A stretch of DNA of 64,000 nt from an uncultured Planctomycetota bacterium (GTDB lineage: Bacteria; Planctomycetota; Planctomycetia; Isosphaerales; Isosphaeraceae). Each line of letters begins with the position of its first letter. Position 1 is the first letter of the stretch. Of this stretch, positions 1 to 10,741 are shown one piece after another. The stretch lies in contig CAVTTN010000002.1 of NCBI GenBank assembly GCA_963737655.1, forward strand, positions 6,208,001-6,272,000. The letters run 5' to 3'. A program made the position numbers and the translations under genes. The notes under the pieces are model-generated. The model worked only from the letters and a program-made list of their open reading frames with translations, had not been told where the DNA came from and searched no databases.

Positions 1-368
1 CCATCGCCGGCCTGTTGAAGGACCTGAAGCGCCGCGGCCTCCTGGACGAGACGCTCGTCGTCTGGGGGGGCGAGTTCGGCCGCCAGCCCACGGCCGAGTA
101 CGCCAAGGGCACCGGCCGCGACCACAACGCCTACGGCTTCACGATGTGGATGGCCGGCGGGGGGATCAAGGGCGGGATCTCCGTGGGAGAGACCGACGAG
201 ATCGGCGGCGCCGCCGTCTCCGACCGGCTCCACGTCAAGAACCTCCACGCCACCGTCCTCCACCAGCTCGGCCTCGACCCCGACCGCCTGACCTACTTCT
301 ACAACGGCCTGGACCAGAAGCTCGTCGGCGTCGAGGGTGCGGAATTGATCAAGCAGGTGATCGCGTAG
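1..368 (+). CDS. DUF1501 family protein, C-terminal part (5' end outside window)
   Basis: [39 protein letters not shown] is the typical DUF1501 C-terminus. Confidence 0.9.
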   Translation, partial: IAGLLKDLKRRGLLDETLVVWGGEFGRQPTAEYAKGTGRDHNAYGFTMWMAGGGIKGGISVGETDEIGGAAVSDRLHVKNLHATVLHQLGLDPDRLTYFYNGLDQKLVGVEGAELIKQVIA

Positions 369-393
369 AAATCCATGAAATACTGGAGGAAGA

Positions 394-604
394 GGGAGAT
401 GAACCGCCAAGACGCCAAGGGCGCCAGGGGCAGAGGAGAGGAAGAGGAGGAAGAGGGAGTTCGAAACGCAGATGACGCAGATTTGAAATAGAATTGAATT
501 CTTAAATCTGCGTCATCTGCGTTTCGGTCCTCTTCCTCTCCGACCTTTCCTCCTCTTCCTCTCCTCTGCCCTTGGCGCCCTCGCGTCTTGGCGGTTCATC
601 TCCC
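394..604. repeat. Long nested intergenic palindrome
   Basis: Outer arms GGGAGATGAACCGCCAAGACGC / GCGTCTTGGCGGTTCATCTCCC. Inner perfect 23-bp arms at 462-484 and 504-526 (CGAAACGCAGATGACGCAGATTT) around an AT-rich loop. Confidence 0.9.
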
Positions 605-631
605 CCCTCTCCACCAATCGGATCGGAAAAG

Positions 632-1567
632 ATGTCCATCGCCAAATTCACCATCGCGGCCCTGATCGCCGCCGGTTTCGCCTCCTCGGCCATCGCCGCC
701 GATGGCCCGTCGTATCGCGTCCTCGGGGGCGATCGCGGCCATGTCGCGCTGGTCGAGCCGGATGGCCGCGTCTCGTGGGAAGTGCCGGTGAAGGTGGACG
801 TCCACGATTTGCAGGTGCTCGAAGGCGGCAACGTCCTCCTGCCGACGACCCCGACCACGATCGTCGAGATGACTCCGACGAAGGAAGTCGTGTGGACGTA
901 CGAATCGAAGCCGACCGAGAAGAACAAGGGCCGGGTCGAGGTCCACGCCTTCCAGCGCCTGCCGGACGGCCTGACGATGATCGCCGAGAGCGGGAACGGC
1001 CGGATCATCGAGGTCGATCGATCCGGCAAGATCGTCCATGAAATCGCGCTGACGATCGACCATCCCGACCCCCACCGCGACACGAGGATGGCCCGGAAGC
1101 TCGCCAACGGCCACTACCTGGTCTGCCACGAGGGGGACGGCAAGGTCCGCGAATATGACGAGTCGGGCAAGGTCGTCTGGACGTACGCCCTGGACCTCGC
1201 CGGCCGCCCCCGATCGCCGGGCCACGGGCCCGAGGGGCACGGCACCGAGGTTTTTGGTGCATTGAGGCTCCCGAGCGGGAATACCTTGATCGCGGCGGGC
1301 AACGGCAACCGGGTGATCGAGGTCTCGCCCGAGGGCACGACGGTCTGGAGCGTCGGGCACGACGAATTGCCGGGAATCCGCCTCGCGTGGGTCACCTCGC
1401 TGGACGTCCGCCCCAACGGCAACGTCGTCTTCGGCAACTGCCACGCCGGCCCGGAGAACCCGCAGGTCGTCGAGGTCACGCGCGACAAGAAGGTCGTGTG
1501 GACGTTCAAGGACTTCAAGACGTTCGGGAACGGCCTGGCCATCACCCGGCTGTTGCCGGTGGAGTGA
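632..1567 (+). CDS. Secreted PQQ-like/arylsulfotransferase-like beta-propeller protein
   Basis: Signal peptide (MSIAKFTIAALIAAGFASSAIA) and repeated 'L.NGN.LI...N.RVIEV...G.VVW' blades. Confidence 0.75.
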   Translation: MSIAKFTIAALIAAGFASSAIAADGPSYRVLGGDRGHVALVEPDGRVSWEVPVKVDVHDLQVLEGGNVLLPTTPTTIVEMTPTKEVVWTYESKPTEKNKGRVEVHAFQRLPDGLTMIAESGNGRIIEVDRSGKIVHEIALTIDHPDPHRDTRMARKLANGHYLVCHEGDGKVREYDESGKVVWTYALDLAGRPRSPGHGPEGHGTEVFGALRLPSGNTLIAAGNGNRVIEVSPEGTTVWSVGHDELPGIRLAWVTSLDVRPNGNVVFGNCHAGPENPQVVEVTRDKKVVWTFKDFKTFGNGLAITRLLPVE

Positions 1568-1623
1568 GTGGGCAGTGGGCGGTGGGCAGATTGAAGGTAT
1601 GGTCCTTGTCCCGAGGCTCGATC

Positions 1624-2908
1624 ATGCGTCCATCCGAGTTCCGCCCGGGGTTGTCTGCCCTGGCCGTTCTCCTTCTTCCCGGTGTCGCGATGGCTCAACC
1701 CCCGGGTTTCAACTACGACGAGGCGAAGGTTCCGGCGTACACGCTGCCCGATCCCCTCGTCCTGGCGAGTGGCGAGCGGGTGAAGGATGCCGCGGAATGG
1801 GCGGCGAAGCGACGGCCCGAGATCGTCGCGCTGTTCGAGACGCAGATGTACGGCAAGGCCCCCGGCCGGCCGGAGAAGCTGGCATTCGAGGTCACCCGCG
1901 TGGTGAAGGACGCCCTCGGAGGCCGGGCGACCCGCAAGGAGGTGGCAATTTACTTCGCCGGCTCGCCCGACGGCCCGAGGATGGACCTGATCGTCTACCT
2001 GCCCAACCACAAGGGCGACGGCCCCCATCCCGCGTTCCTCGGCCTGAATTTCGACGGCAATCATGGAGTCGATCCCGATCCGTCGGTCCCCCTGGCCCGA
2101 GGGTGGATGGCGAACGATCGGCAGCACGGGATCGAGGCGAACCGAGCGACCGAGAAATCGCGAGGGTCCGAGGCGTCGCGATGGCCGCTCGCAAAGGTCA
2201 TCGATCGCGGATATGCCGTCGCGACCGCCTATTACGGCGATGTCGACCCGGATTATGATGATGGGTTCAAGAACGGCGTTCATTCGCTCGACACGACGAC
2301 CCGGACGGCCGAATCCTGGGGGTCGGTCGCGGCCTGGGCGTGGGGCCTGAGCCGGGCCCTGGACTACCTCGAAACCGATCGCGACATCGACGCGAAGCGG
2401 GTGGCCGTGATGGGCCACTCCCGGCTGGGCAAGGCGGCCCTGTGGGCCGGGGCCCGCGACGAACGGTTCGCCCTGGTGATCTCCAACGACTCGGGCGAGG
2501 GCGGGGCGGCGCTCGAGCAAGAGGCGGTTCGGCGAGACGGTCGCGCGGATCAACACCGCCTTCCCCCACTGGTTCTGCGGCAACTACAAGGCGTACAACG
2601 ATCGAGAGGCCGACATGCCGTTCGATCAGCACATGCTGCTTTCGCTGGTCGCGCCCCGGCCCCTGCTCGTGTGCAGCGCCCAGGACGATTCGTGGGCCGA
2701 CCCGCGGGGGGAGTTCCTGTCGGCGAAGGGTGCGGACCCGGCCTATCGGCTCCTGGGCACGGACGGCCTGGCGGCCCGCGACATGCCCGGGGTGAACGTG
2801 CTGATCTGGAGCCGCGAGGGGTATCACATCCGGCCCGGCGCCCACGACGTGACGGACGTCGATTGGGACGCCTTCATGGACTTCTTCGCCCGCCAGGCCC
2901 CAAGATGA
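1624..2908 (+). CDS. CE15 glucuronoyl esterase-like hydrolase; +1 frameshift near 2515
   Basis: [29 protein letters not shown], catalytic GHSRLGK. Frame switches at [13 protein letters not shown] into the 2615..2908 ORF ([22 protein letters not shown]). Confidence 0.85.
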
Positions 2909-2971
2909 TATCCTCTCGGGATGGCGAGGGCAGACGGCCCTCGGCCGCCACCCGACTTCGGAGCGACGACG

Positions 2972-4244
2972 TTGACGGCCACGACCGACGGCGGATCACC
3001 CGGGGCCGCCCCCGATCCTGTGCGACTTCTGCGGACGGCCCGGCTCGGAGGCCGGGCCGATGATCGAGGGCAAGGCGCTGGCCGCCCTGAACCTCCGCCC
3101 CCACGTCGCCCACATCTGCGCCGAGTGCGCCGACGCCTGCGAAGGCATCTTCGCCCAGCACGAGCGCAAGGCGATGACCCTCGACGGCGTCCCCACCCCT
3201 CGCGAGCTGGTCAAGCACCTGGATGATTATATCATCGGCCAGGAGCGCGTGAAGCGGACGCTGTCCGTGGCCGTGGTGAACCACTACAAGCGGGTGATGG
3301 GCGGCGACATCGACGACCCGGACCTGGCCGAGGTCGAGGTCTCCAAGAGCAACGTCCTCCTGATCGGCCCGACCGGCTGCGGCAAGACGGCCCTGGCGCA
3401 GACCCTCGCCCGCCGGCTCCACGTCCCGTTCGCCATCGGCGACGCCACCACGTTGACCGAGGCCGGGTACGTCGGCGAGGACGTCGAGAACCTGATCCTC
3501 AAGCTCGTGATGGCCGCCGACTACGACATCGCCGCCGCCGAGCGCGGGATCATCTACATCGACGAGATCGACAAGATCGGCAAGACCAGCCAGAACGTCT
3601 CGATCACCCGGGACGTCAGCGGCGAGGGCGTCCAGCAGGCCCTCTTGAAGCTCCTGGAGGGGACCGTCGCCAACGTCCCCCCGGCCGGCGGGCGCAAGCA
3701 CCCCGAGCAGCAGTACCTGCGGGTGGACACGACCGACATCCTGTTCATCTGCGGGGGGACGTTCGTCGGCCTCGACGAGATCATCGCCAAGAGGCTCGGG
3801 CGCAAGGGGATCGGCTTCGGCAAGGCGGTCTCTCGCGACAAGGAGCGCGAGCGCGACGAGCTGGTGGCGCAGGTCACGCCCGAGGACCTCGAACGGTTCG
3901 GGATGATCCCCGAGCTGATCGGCCGATTGCCGATCCTCTGCTCGCTGAACCAGCTCTCCGAGGACGACCTCGCCCGCATCCTGACCGAACCCCGCGACGC
4001 GCTCACCAAGCAGTATCAGGTCCTGTTCCATTACGACCAGGCGAAATTGACGTTCACCGACGGCGCGATCCGCGAGGTCGCCAGGAGGGCCAAGGCCCGA
4101 GGGACCGGCGCCCGGGCGCTGAGGTCGATCATGGAGAACCTGATGCTCGACATCATGTTCGACCTGCCCGAGAGCGGCCGGGGTCGGTCGTTCACGATCG
4201 ACGAGGCGGTCGTCCGGGGCGAGCACGCCGCGATCGGCGCCTGA
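2972..4244 (+). CDS. clpX: ATP-dependent Clp protease ATP-binding subunit ClpX; start uncertain, probable frameshift near 3000-3014
   Basis: Zinc-binding CDFC..ICAEC, Walker A GPTGCGKT, DATTLTEAGYVGEDVEN, IYIDEIDK, RKHP, IGF loop, GARALR. The CDFC frame has an upstream stop at 2973 and no start codon; a TTG at 2972 after GGAG lies in another frame. Confidence 0.9.
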
Positions 4245-4381
4245 TCGCACCGCCTTCTCTCCGCCCCTCGTCCCCTGCCCCGGGGGCCGAGGGGCCGCCC
4301 GCCGACGTTCCCGGTCGTCCCGCGATCTGCTACGATCGGCGGGCCTCGACCCCTCACGAACCTCGCCAGGAGGCCGCCGCG

Positions 4382-4948
4382 ATGGCCACCGTCACCCGCC
4401 CGATGCCCGGCGCGATCGAATCCCCGCCGGATGAGGTCCTGTTCGAGGTGATCGACGGGCGAATCGAGGAAACACCGCCGATGGGTGCTTATGAAGGTCG
4501 AGTGGCGTCGAGCCTCCAGACGAAGCTGGATTCCTTCGTCGAGGACCATCAGCTCGGACAGGTCGTCACCGAGGTCCTGTTCGACCTCCGCCCGGTGATC
4601 GCTCGGTCTCGGAGGCCCGACGTGGCGTTCGTAGGGGTCGAGAAATGGCCGTTGGAGAGGCCGATCCCCGACGAGGAGGGCTGGCCGGTCGTCCCGGATC
4701 TGGCCGTCGAGGTCGTCAGCCCGACGAACCGGCCGACGGAGGTCCTCGACAAGATCCTGGAGTATTTCCGGGCCGGTTCTCGGCGGGTCTGGATCGTGTA
4801 TCCCCGGAACGGGCAGCTTTATGCGTATGACTCGCCGAAATCGGTCCGCATCCTGTTCCGCGAGGACGAGCTGGCCGAAGAGGGGCTGTTTCCCGGGTTC
4901 CGTCTCCCCCTGGCGGAGCTCTTCGGGCCGGAAAGGCCCCGGGATTGA
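4382..4948 (+). CDS. Uma2/DUF820 family endonuclease-like protein
   Basis: EVIDG, RRPDVAFV, PDLAVEVVSP, EYFRAG..VWIVYP. Confidence 0.9.
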   Translation: MATVTRPMPGAIESPPDEVLFEVIDGRIEETPPMGAYEGRVASSLQTKLDSFVEDHQLGQVVTEVLFDLRPVIARSRRPDVAFVGVEKWPLERPIPDEEGWPVVPDLAVEVVSPTNRPTEVLDKILEYFRAGSRRVWIVYPRNGQLYAYDSPKSVRILFREDELAEEGLFPGFRLPLAELFGPERPRD

Positions 4949-5048
4949 CGTTGACGGCCGGGGTGACTGGCCCTAGACTTCGCGCTGGCGATCGTCGCAA
5001 TGGGACCCGCCGTTGGTCCGTTCCCGCGTCGCGGAAAGGATTCCGCCG

Positions 5049-5947
5049 ATGAAGTCCCTGCTCGCGGGCGTGGCCGTGGCCTCTGGGCTGGCCCTGACGG
5101 TGGGTTGCTCGCTCACCGGGTCGTCGAGGACGGAACGGATGGAGGCCGCCCGGGTCGGCGGCTCGGGCAGCGTCCTGGCCCCGAAGATGTGCCTGTTCCG
5201 GATCGCCGTGGCGTCCCGGCCCGAGGACGATCCGGCGCTGAACGAGGCGCTCTGGCGGGTCGCCGACGAGCAGGTCGGGGACGCCGAGGTCCGCCGGGCG
5301 TTGCAAAGCAACGGCCTCCGCGTCGGGGTGATCTCCGGCGACCTGCCGATGGAGGTCCAGGCCGTCCTGAACGCGCCCCTCCTCGCAAGCTGGAGGTGCA
5401 GACGGTCGTCCTGCCCGAGGGGGACGTCACGCTCGTCGATCCGAACACGCCGCCGGCCCCGTCGCTGAGCCTGTTCCTCGGCCAGAAGGATAAGGCCGTG
5501 GGCAAGGTGTACCAGGACGCCCGGGGCTTCCTGAGGATGTCCGCGACGTTCGACGGCCCCGAGAACCTCGCGCTGAAGCTCGCCCCGGAGATCCACCACG
5601 GCCCGTCCAGCCGGGGCTGGGGCGTGGCCGAAGGGGCGACCCCGCAGGCCCCCCGCCAGTTCATCATCAAGAACGGCCAGCAGGAAGAGACCTTCCGCGA
5701 CGTGGCCTGCACCCTGGCGATCAAGCCCGGCCAGGTCGTCGCCATCAGCGCCCGGTCGGACCGTCGGGGGTCGCTCGGCGACTTCCTGTTCTCCGAGTCC
5801 GAGGGGAACAGCGATCGGCCGATGCGGAAGGTCGTGTTCGTCTGGCTCGCACGGTCCGAGGCCCCGCCGAACACCCCGTCGGGCCTCGTCCCGATCGAGC
5901 CCTCGGCCGACCTCAGCGGGGCCCCTCAGAGCAAATCCACCCCGTAG
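5049..5947 (+). CDS. Hypothetical lipoprotein; frameshift near 5376-5379
   Basis: Lipobox LTVGC after a hydrophobic stretch. The protein-like reading continues in the 5000..5947 frame after a C run. Confidence 0.65.
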
Positions 5948-5965
5948 GGTGCGCGACAGGCACCC
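5944..5965 (+). repeat. Degenerate GTAG-type REP
   Basis: GTAGGGTGC-GCGACAG-GCACCC resembles the REPs at 11344, 22741 and 24156; its TAG is the upstream stop codon. Confidence 0.55.
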
Positions 5966-6182
5966 GAGCGGACCGGCCTCGAACCTCTTCGCACCAGGAG
6001 TGTCTTCCATGGATGGAGGCCCGGCCCCTCGGGGTTTCGGATTCGGGATCGGATCGGGGCCGGGCGCCTCCCGGCGGTGGGTCGCCCACGGCCGGCACGA
6101 CGTCCTGTCCCGCCCCCGCCGATCGGTCGGCGAGGGGCCGAGCCCGGAGCTTCGCCTCGTGTCGACGTCTTCCTCGGGCCGG

Positions 6183-7211
6183 ATGATCGAGCTGGACGGC
6201 TCCCGGGGCGAGGGGGGCGGGCAGATCCTCCGCACCGCGTTGAGCCTGTCCTTGATCACCGGCAAGCCGTTCCGGATCACCAGGATTCGCGCCAATCGGG
6301 ACGTCCCGGGCCTCCGACCCCAGCACGCGGCGGCCGTGGAGGCGGCGGCGAAGCTCGGTTCGGCCGAGGTCCGGGGCGGTGCGATCGGCTCCAAAGAGCT
6401 GACGTTCCGGCCCGGCGAGGTCTCCGCCGCGGACTTCACCCACGACATCGGCACTGCCGGATCGACGGCCCTGGTCCTCCAGACCATCGCCCTGCCGATC
6501 GCCCTGAAGGCCGTGAAGGCCGTCCGGGTGAGCCTCAAGGGGGGCACGTTCAACCTGGCCGCCCCGTCGTTCCCGTTCCTGGAGACCTGCTGGCGGGCCC
6601 ATCTGGCGGGACTCGGCGTCTCGATCGGCCTGACGATGCCGGCCGCCGGGTTCTATCCCCAGGGAGGCGGGCGCGTGGAGGCGTGGATCGAGCCGGCGAG
6701 GCCGAAATCCCGGACGATCCGGGATCGCGGCCCCCTGCAGGCCGTCCGGGGCGAGGCCGGCGTCTGCCGCCTCGGTCGCGGCGCGGTGGCCGAGAGGATG
6801 CGCGACCGGGCCGTCGCCCTGCTCGCCGATCGCGGGATCGAGGCCGAGGTCCGCCTGGTCGAATGGGACGGCCCGGCCCCGGGCGCGGCGCTCTCGCTGA
6901 CGGCCGACCACGAGCACACCCGGGCCTCGTTCGTCGGCCTCGGGGCCCGGGGCAAGCCGGCCGAGGCCGTCGCCGCCGAGGCCGTCGCCCAGCTCCTCGC
7001 GTTCGAGGACGCCCAGGGCGCCGTCGATCCCCACTCGGCCGACCAGCTCCTCCTGCCCCTCGCCCTGGCCGAAGGCCCGAGCGAATACACGGTGACCGAG
7101 GTCACCGAGCACCTCCGCACCAATGTCCACACGATCCGCGCGTTCCTCGATCGCGAGATCCGGGTCGTCGAGGACGACGGCGGGGGCGGCCGGGTGGTCA
7201 TCCGCGACTGA
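6183..7211 (+). CDS. rtcA: RNA 3'-terminal phosphate cyclase
   Basis: IELDGSRGEGGGQILRTALSLS, PGLRPQH, GFYPQGGG, DPHSADQL, TEHLRTN. Confidence 0.93.
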   Translation: MIELDGSRGEGGGQILRTALSLSLITGKPFRITRIRANRDVPGLRPQHAAAVEAAAKLGSAEVRGGAIGSKELTFRPGEVSAADFTHDIGTAGSTALVLQTIALPIALKAVKAVRVSLKGGTFNLAAPSFPFLETCWRAHLAGLGVSIGLTMPAAGFYPQGGGRVEAWIEPARPKSRTIRDRGPLQAVRGEAGVCRLGRGAVAERMRDRAVALLADRGIEAEVRLVEWDGPAPGAALSLTADHEHTRASFVGLGARGKPAEAVAAEAVAQLLAFEDAQGAVDPHSADQLLLPLALAEGPSEYTVTEVTEHLRTNVHTIRAFLDREIRVVEDDGGGGRVVIRD

Positions 7212-7236
7212 ATGAACTCGCGGCTGGGGTCATTCC

Positions 7237-7326
7237 CGGGTGGCATGCCCACGTGTTCGTGGGCATGTCTTCTTTCGTCACGCATGAATCGAAGACATGC
7301 CCACGAAGACGTGGGCATGCCACCCG
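7237..7326. repeat. REP doublet (REPIN-like) between convergent genes
   Basis: 36-bp inverted arms (7237-7272 and 7291-7326, one mismatch). Each arm is itself a hairpin, CATGCCCACG-N4-CGTGGGCATG, preceded by GGTGG. Confidence 0.88.
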
Positions 7327-7348
7327 AGATGGGTTCCCGGATTGTCGT

Positions 7349-9207
7349 TTACCGCCTCGCCTCGCGGCCTCCGTCGCTCCTCGTGGCGAAGGCTTCCATC
7401 ACTCCGGACCGGCCGGGGTTGATGGATTCGAGGTTCAGGCGGGACTGGGTGGCGTAGTCGAGCCGGCCTCCGACCCCGGAGAGGACCACCAGGCGCTGGC
7501 CCGCCGGGAGGGTCCGGAGGTCCTCGACCCGGGTCAGGTCGACCTGCGAGACCCGGGGCAGGGAGGCGCGGAGGAGGAAGCGGAGGCGGCCGGCGGGGCG
7601 GAATTCGAGGCCCTCTCCGCCCAGGGCCGGGCCGATCACGGCGAGGACCTCGAACGGCTTGGCGGCCTCCCGGCGGAGGATCGCGTCGCGGAGGGCCAGC
7701 AAGTCCGTGGTCTCCCGGTGGCGGAACCGGACTTCTCGGAGGCCCGAGGCCACCGTCGCCGCCAGGACCGCGCCGAGGAACCCGGCCAGGACGATCAATC
7801 GGCGGTCGTCCCGGCGGCGGGCCCAGCGGTCCAGCCCCCTCACGGCGATCACCAGGACGACGACGAGGTCCAGGGCCAGGTGCATGCCCAGGGCCGAGTC
7901 GGGCGCGGGGGACCGGAGCTCGAGCAGGTCGGAGGCGGCCTGGCGGAGGTGGGTGCTGGACCACCAGGCCAGCGTCGTGGCGGTGGCCGGGGCGAGCCAG
8001 CACAGGGCCCGGGCGGGGATTCGGCGTCCCGAGAGGTCCACCATCGCCGAGGCCGCGAACAGGTTCAGGGGGAACAGCAGGAACAGGTTCAACGCCGGTC
8101 GAGGCCCCCGGGCCAGGACCGCCGGGGCCAGGGCGGCGACGGCCAGCCAGGCCAGGCACAGGGCCCCGCCGACGGTCATCCGGTCGTCGCTCTCGGCCGT
8201 CAGGAGTCTCCGCAGCGCCCGGGCCGCGGCGAACAGGCCCAGGGGCAGGATCGCCGGGGCGAGGTCGATCATCCGGGCCGTCAGCCCCAGGGTCGGGCCG
8301 GTCGCCTGGGGGGGCGCCATCAGGGCCGCGAGGAACCCCCGGCCGTACCGGGCGACCATCATCGCGTGCCACGGGCCGGCGATCGCCAGGCCGATGGCCA
8401 GCGCCAGGGCGCCATCGACGAGAGTGGGATGGTCTCGCCACCACTTCCACGGGGTCGCCCGGCCCTTGCCGCCGAGCGGATCGGCCGTGGCGAGGCTGGC
8501 CCGGTGCAGGAGGATGATCGGCATGACGAGCAGGCCGAACGCGCCGACCGACAGCAGGGACAGCCCCAGGCCCAGCCCGCCGGTCACGGCCCAGGCCACC
8601 CTCTTGCCGTCGATCGCCTGGAGCGACCGGCCGTAGGCGAGGATCGCGAGCAAGGCGCCGGCGAGGCCCAGGGTCGTCGGCGTGGCCTGCTGCATCTGGA
8701 CGAGCAAGGCCCGGTTGAACCCGGTCAAGATCGCCGCCGCGAGCCCGACGCCGGGGCCCCTCCACAATTTCCCGAGGAAGAACACCAGGACGACCACGGC
8801 GGCCCCGGCGAAGTAGCTGGGCAAGACCGTCGCCACCGGGGCCCGACCGGGCCGAGGCCCAGGGCGACCGCCTCCAGCCAGGCATAAAGCGGAGGCTGGA
8901 GCGCCACGGCCCGGTACGATCGCGCCTCGGCCCCGGGGGGCAGGCCCGTCGGCCCGGTCTGGTCGAGCCAGTGCCCTTCCAGGGCGATCAGCCCCCGGAG
9001 GCCCCACCACGGCCCCGGCGGGTTCAGGTCCCAGTTCCTCAGCGCGTAGAGTCCCGGCAAGATCGCCACCAGGACCACCACCGGGAAGAACATCGTGGAT
9101 CGGGGCGCGGGCCGGACCAGGGGACGGGCCGGCGAGGCGATCGCCTCGGCCCATCGCCGTGTCCCCGATCCCTTCGGCATCGCGCCGGCGCGGGCCCGCC
9201 ACTCCAT
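7349..9207 (-). CDS. ArnT/PMT-like (GT39/GT83) membrane glycosyltransferase; frameshift near 8850
   Basis: QPPLYAWL motif, many TM helices, 'AGPWHAMM'. N-terminus in the 8725..9468 frame and the remainder in the 7349 frame. Confidence 0.72.
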
Positions 9208-9344
9208 TGGCCGCCTCCGCCTCTCGTTCGCTCGGCTGGGCTCGCCTCGCCTCGGGAGGACTCCCCCGGGCGGACCGCCGCACCTTACCATAGATCGGCC
9301 GATCGGGGAGGGCCGATTCGGGGAGGATCGAAAGAACCGAAGAT

Positions 9345-9590
9345 CAACCGCCAAGCCGCCAAGGACGCCAAGGGCAGAGGAGAGGAGAGGAGAAAGCGAG
9401 AGGTGGAAGAGAGTCGAGAAGGAAGTGAGGAAGCGAAGGAGGACAAAAGCCGAGAAGATCGGACCCAAACGCGGTCTTTCCGAAGATCCGCCTCCCTGGG
9501 TTTTTCTCGCGTCTCTCCTTCTCTCTTTCTCCTCTCCTCTCCTCTCCTCTTGCCCTTGGCGTCCTTGGCGGCTTGGCGGCTTGGCGGTTG
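9345..9590. repeat. Long intergenic palindrome (CGCCAAG family)
   Basis: CAACCGCCAAGCCGCCAAGGACGCCAAGGGCAGAGGAGAGG ... CCTCTCCTCTTGCCCTTGGCGTCCTTGGCGGCTTGGCGGCTTGGCGGTTG; same family as the outer arms at 394-604. Confidence 0.9.
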
Positions 9591-9677
9591 GTCTCTCTCC
9601 GTCCTTGACCTCCGACCAGGACGAAAGTTACAGTATCTCCGAAATCGTTAGTCTAGCCCGTCGCGAGGCCCTCGATC

Positions 9678-10700
9678 ATGTCCCGCAAGTCGTTCGGACG
9701 CTTGGCCCTGGCCTTCTCGATGGTCCTGGCCGGCTGCGGAGGCGGCGGGGGGCCTCGGGTGGTGGTCTATTCGGCCCTGGATCGCGAGTTCGCCGAGCCG
9801 ATCCTGAAGCAATACGCGGCGAAGGCCGGCGTGACCGTCCTGCCGAAGTTCGACGCCGAGAGCACCAAGACCGTCGGGCTGACCCAGGAGATCCTGGCCG
9901 AGGCGTCTCGGCCTCGCTGCGACCTGTTCTGGAACAACGAGATCCTCAACACGTTGCGGCTGAAGGAAAAAGGGCTGCTCGCGCCGTTCAAGCCGGCCAA
10001 CGCGGCCGATTATCCCGAGGCGTTCCGCGACAAGGACGGCACCTGGTACGGCTTCGCCGCGAGGGCGCGGGTCTTGCTCGTCAATACGCAGGTCGTCCCC
10101 GAGGGGGAGCGGCCGACGTCGATCCTGGACCTGACCGACCCGAAATGGATGGGCAAGATCGGGATGGCCAAGCCGCTCTTCGGCACCACGGCCACCCACG
10201 CCGCCTGCCTGTTCGCCGCCTGGGGCGAGGAGAAGGCGAAGGCCTATTATCGCGACCTCAAGGCCAACGGGATCCAGGTCCTCTCGGGCAACAAGCAGGT
10301 GGCGCAGGCCGTCGGTTCCGGCTCGATCGCCGTCGGGATGACCGACACCGACGACGCCATGGAGGAGATCGCCGCCGGCCGGCCCGTGGCGATCATCTAT
10401 CCCGATCGCCGGCCCGAGCAGATCGGCACTCTGTTCCTCCCGAACACGCTGGCGATCCTCAAGGGCTGCCCGAACCCCGGAGACGCCGAGGCCCTGGCCA
10501 ATCATTTGCTGAGCCCGGAGGTCGAAGGGGCGCTGGCCAACGGCCCGTCGGCCCAGATCCCTTTGAACCGCAAGACCGAGACGCCCGCGAGGGTCGAGAC
10601 GCCGAAAACCGTCCACGCGATGGCCGCCGACTTCGAGAAGGCGGCCAAACTCTGGGACGGCGTGGCCGCGTTCCTCGCCCAGGAGTTCGCCGGCGGTTGA
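9678..10700 (+). CDS. ABC transporter extracellular solute-binding lipoprotein (Fe3+/AfuA-like)
   Basis: Lipobox LAGC, VVVYSA, DLFWNNE, WYGFAARARV, KPLFGTT, TDTDD. Confidence 0.85.
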   Translation: MSRKSFGRLALAFSMVLAGCGGGGGPRVVVYSALDREFAEPILKQYAAKAGVTVLPKFDAESTKTVGLTQEILAEASRPRCDLFWNNEILNTLRLKEKGLLAPFKPANAADYPEAFRDKDGTWYGFAARARVLLVNTQVVPEGERPTSILDLTDPKWMGKIGMAKPLFGTTATHAACLFAAWGEEKAKAYYRDLKANGIQVLSGNKQVAQAVGSGSIAVGMTDTDDAMEEIAAGRPVAIIYPDRRPEQIGTLFLPNTLAILKGCPNPGDAEALANHLLSPEVEGALANGPSAQIPLNRKTETPARVETPKTVHAMAADFEKAAKLWDGVAAFLAQEFAGG

Positions 10701-10741
10701 TCGGAGTCGAAGTACCCGCCATCGCGATCGGAGGAGCCCCG

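Noticed and set aside
6077..8887. 936-aa R/G/P-rich ORF and many similar overlapping ORFs
   Set aside because: Alternative-frame artefacts of GC-rich DNA overlapping well-supported genes.
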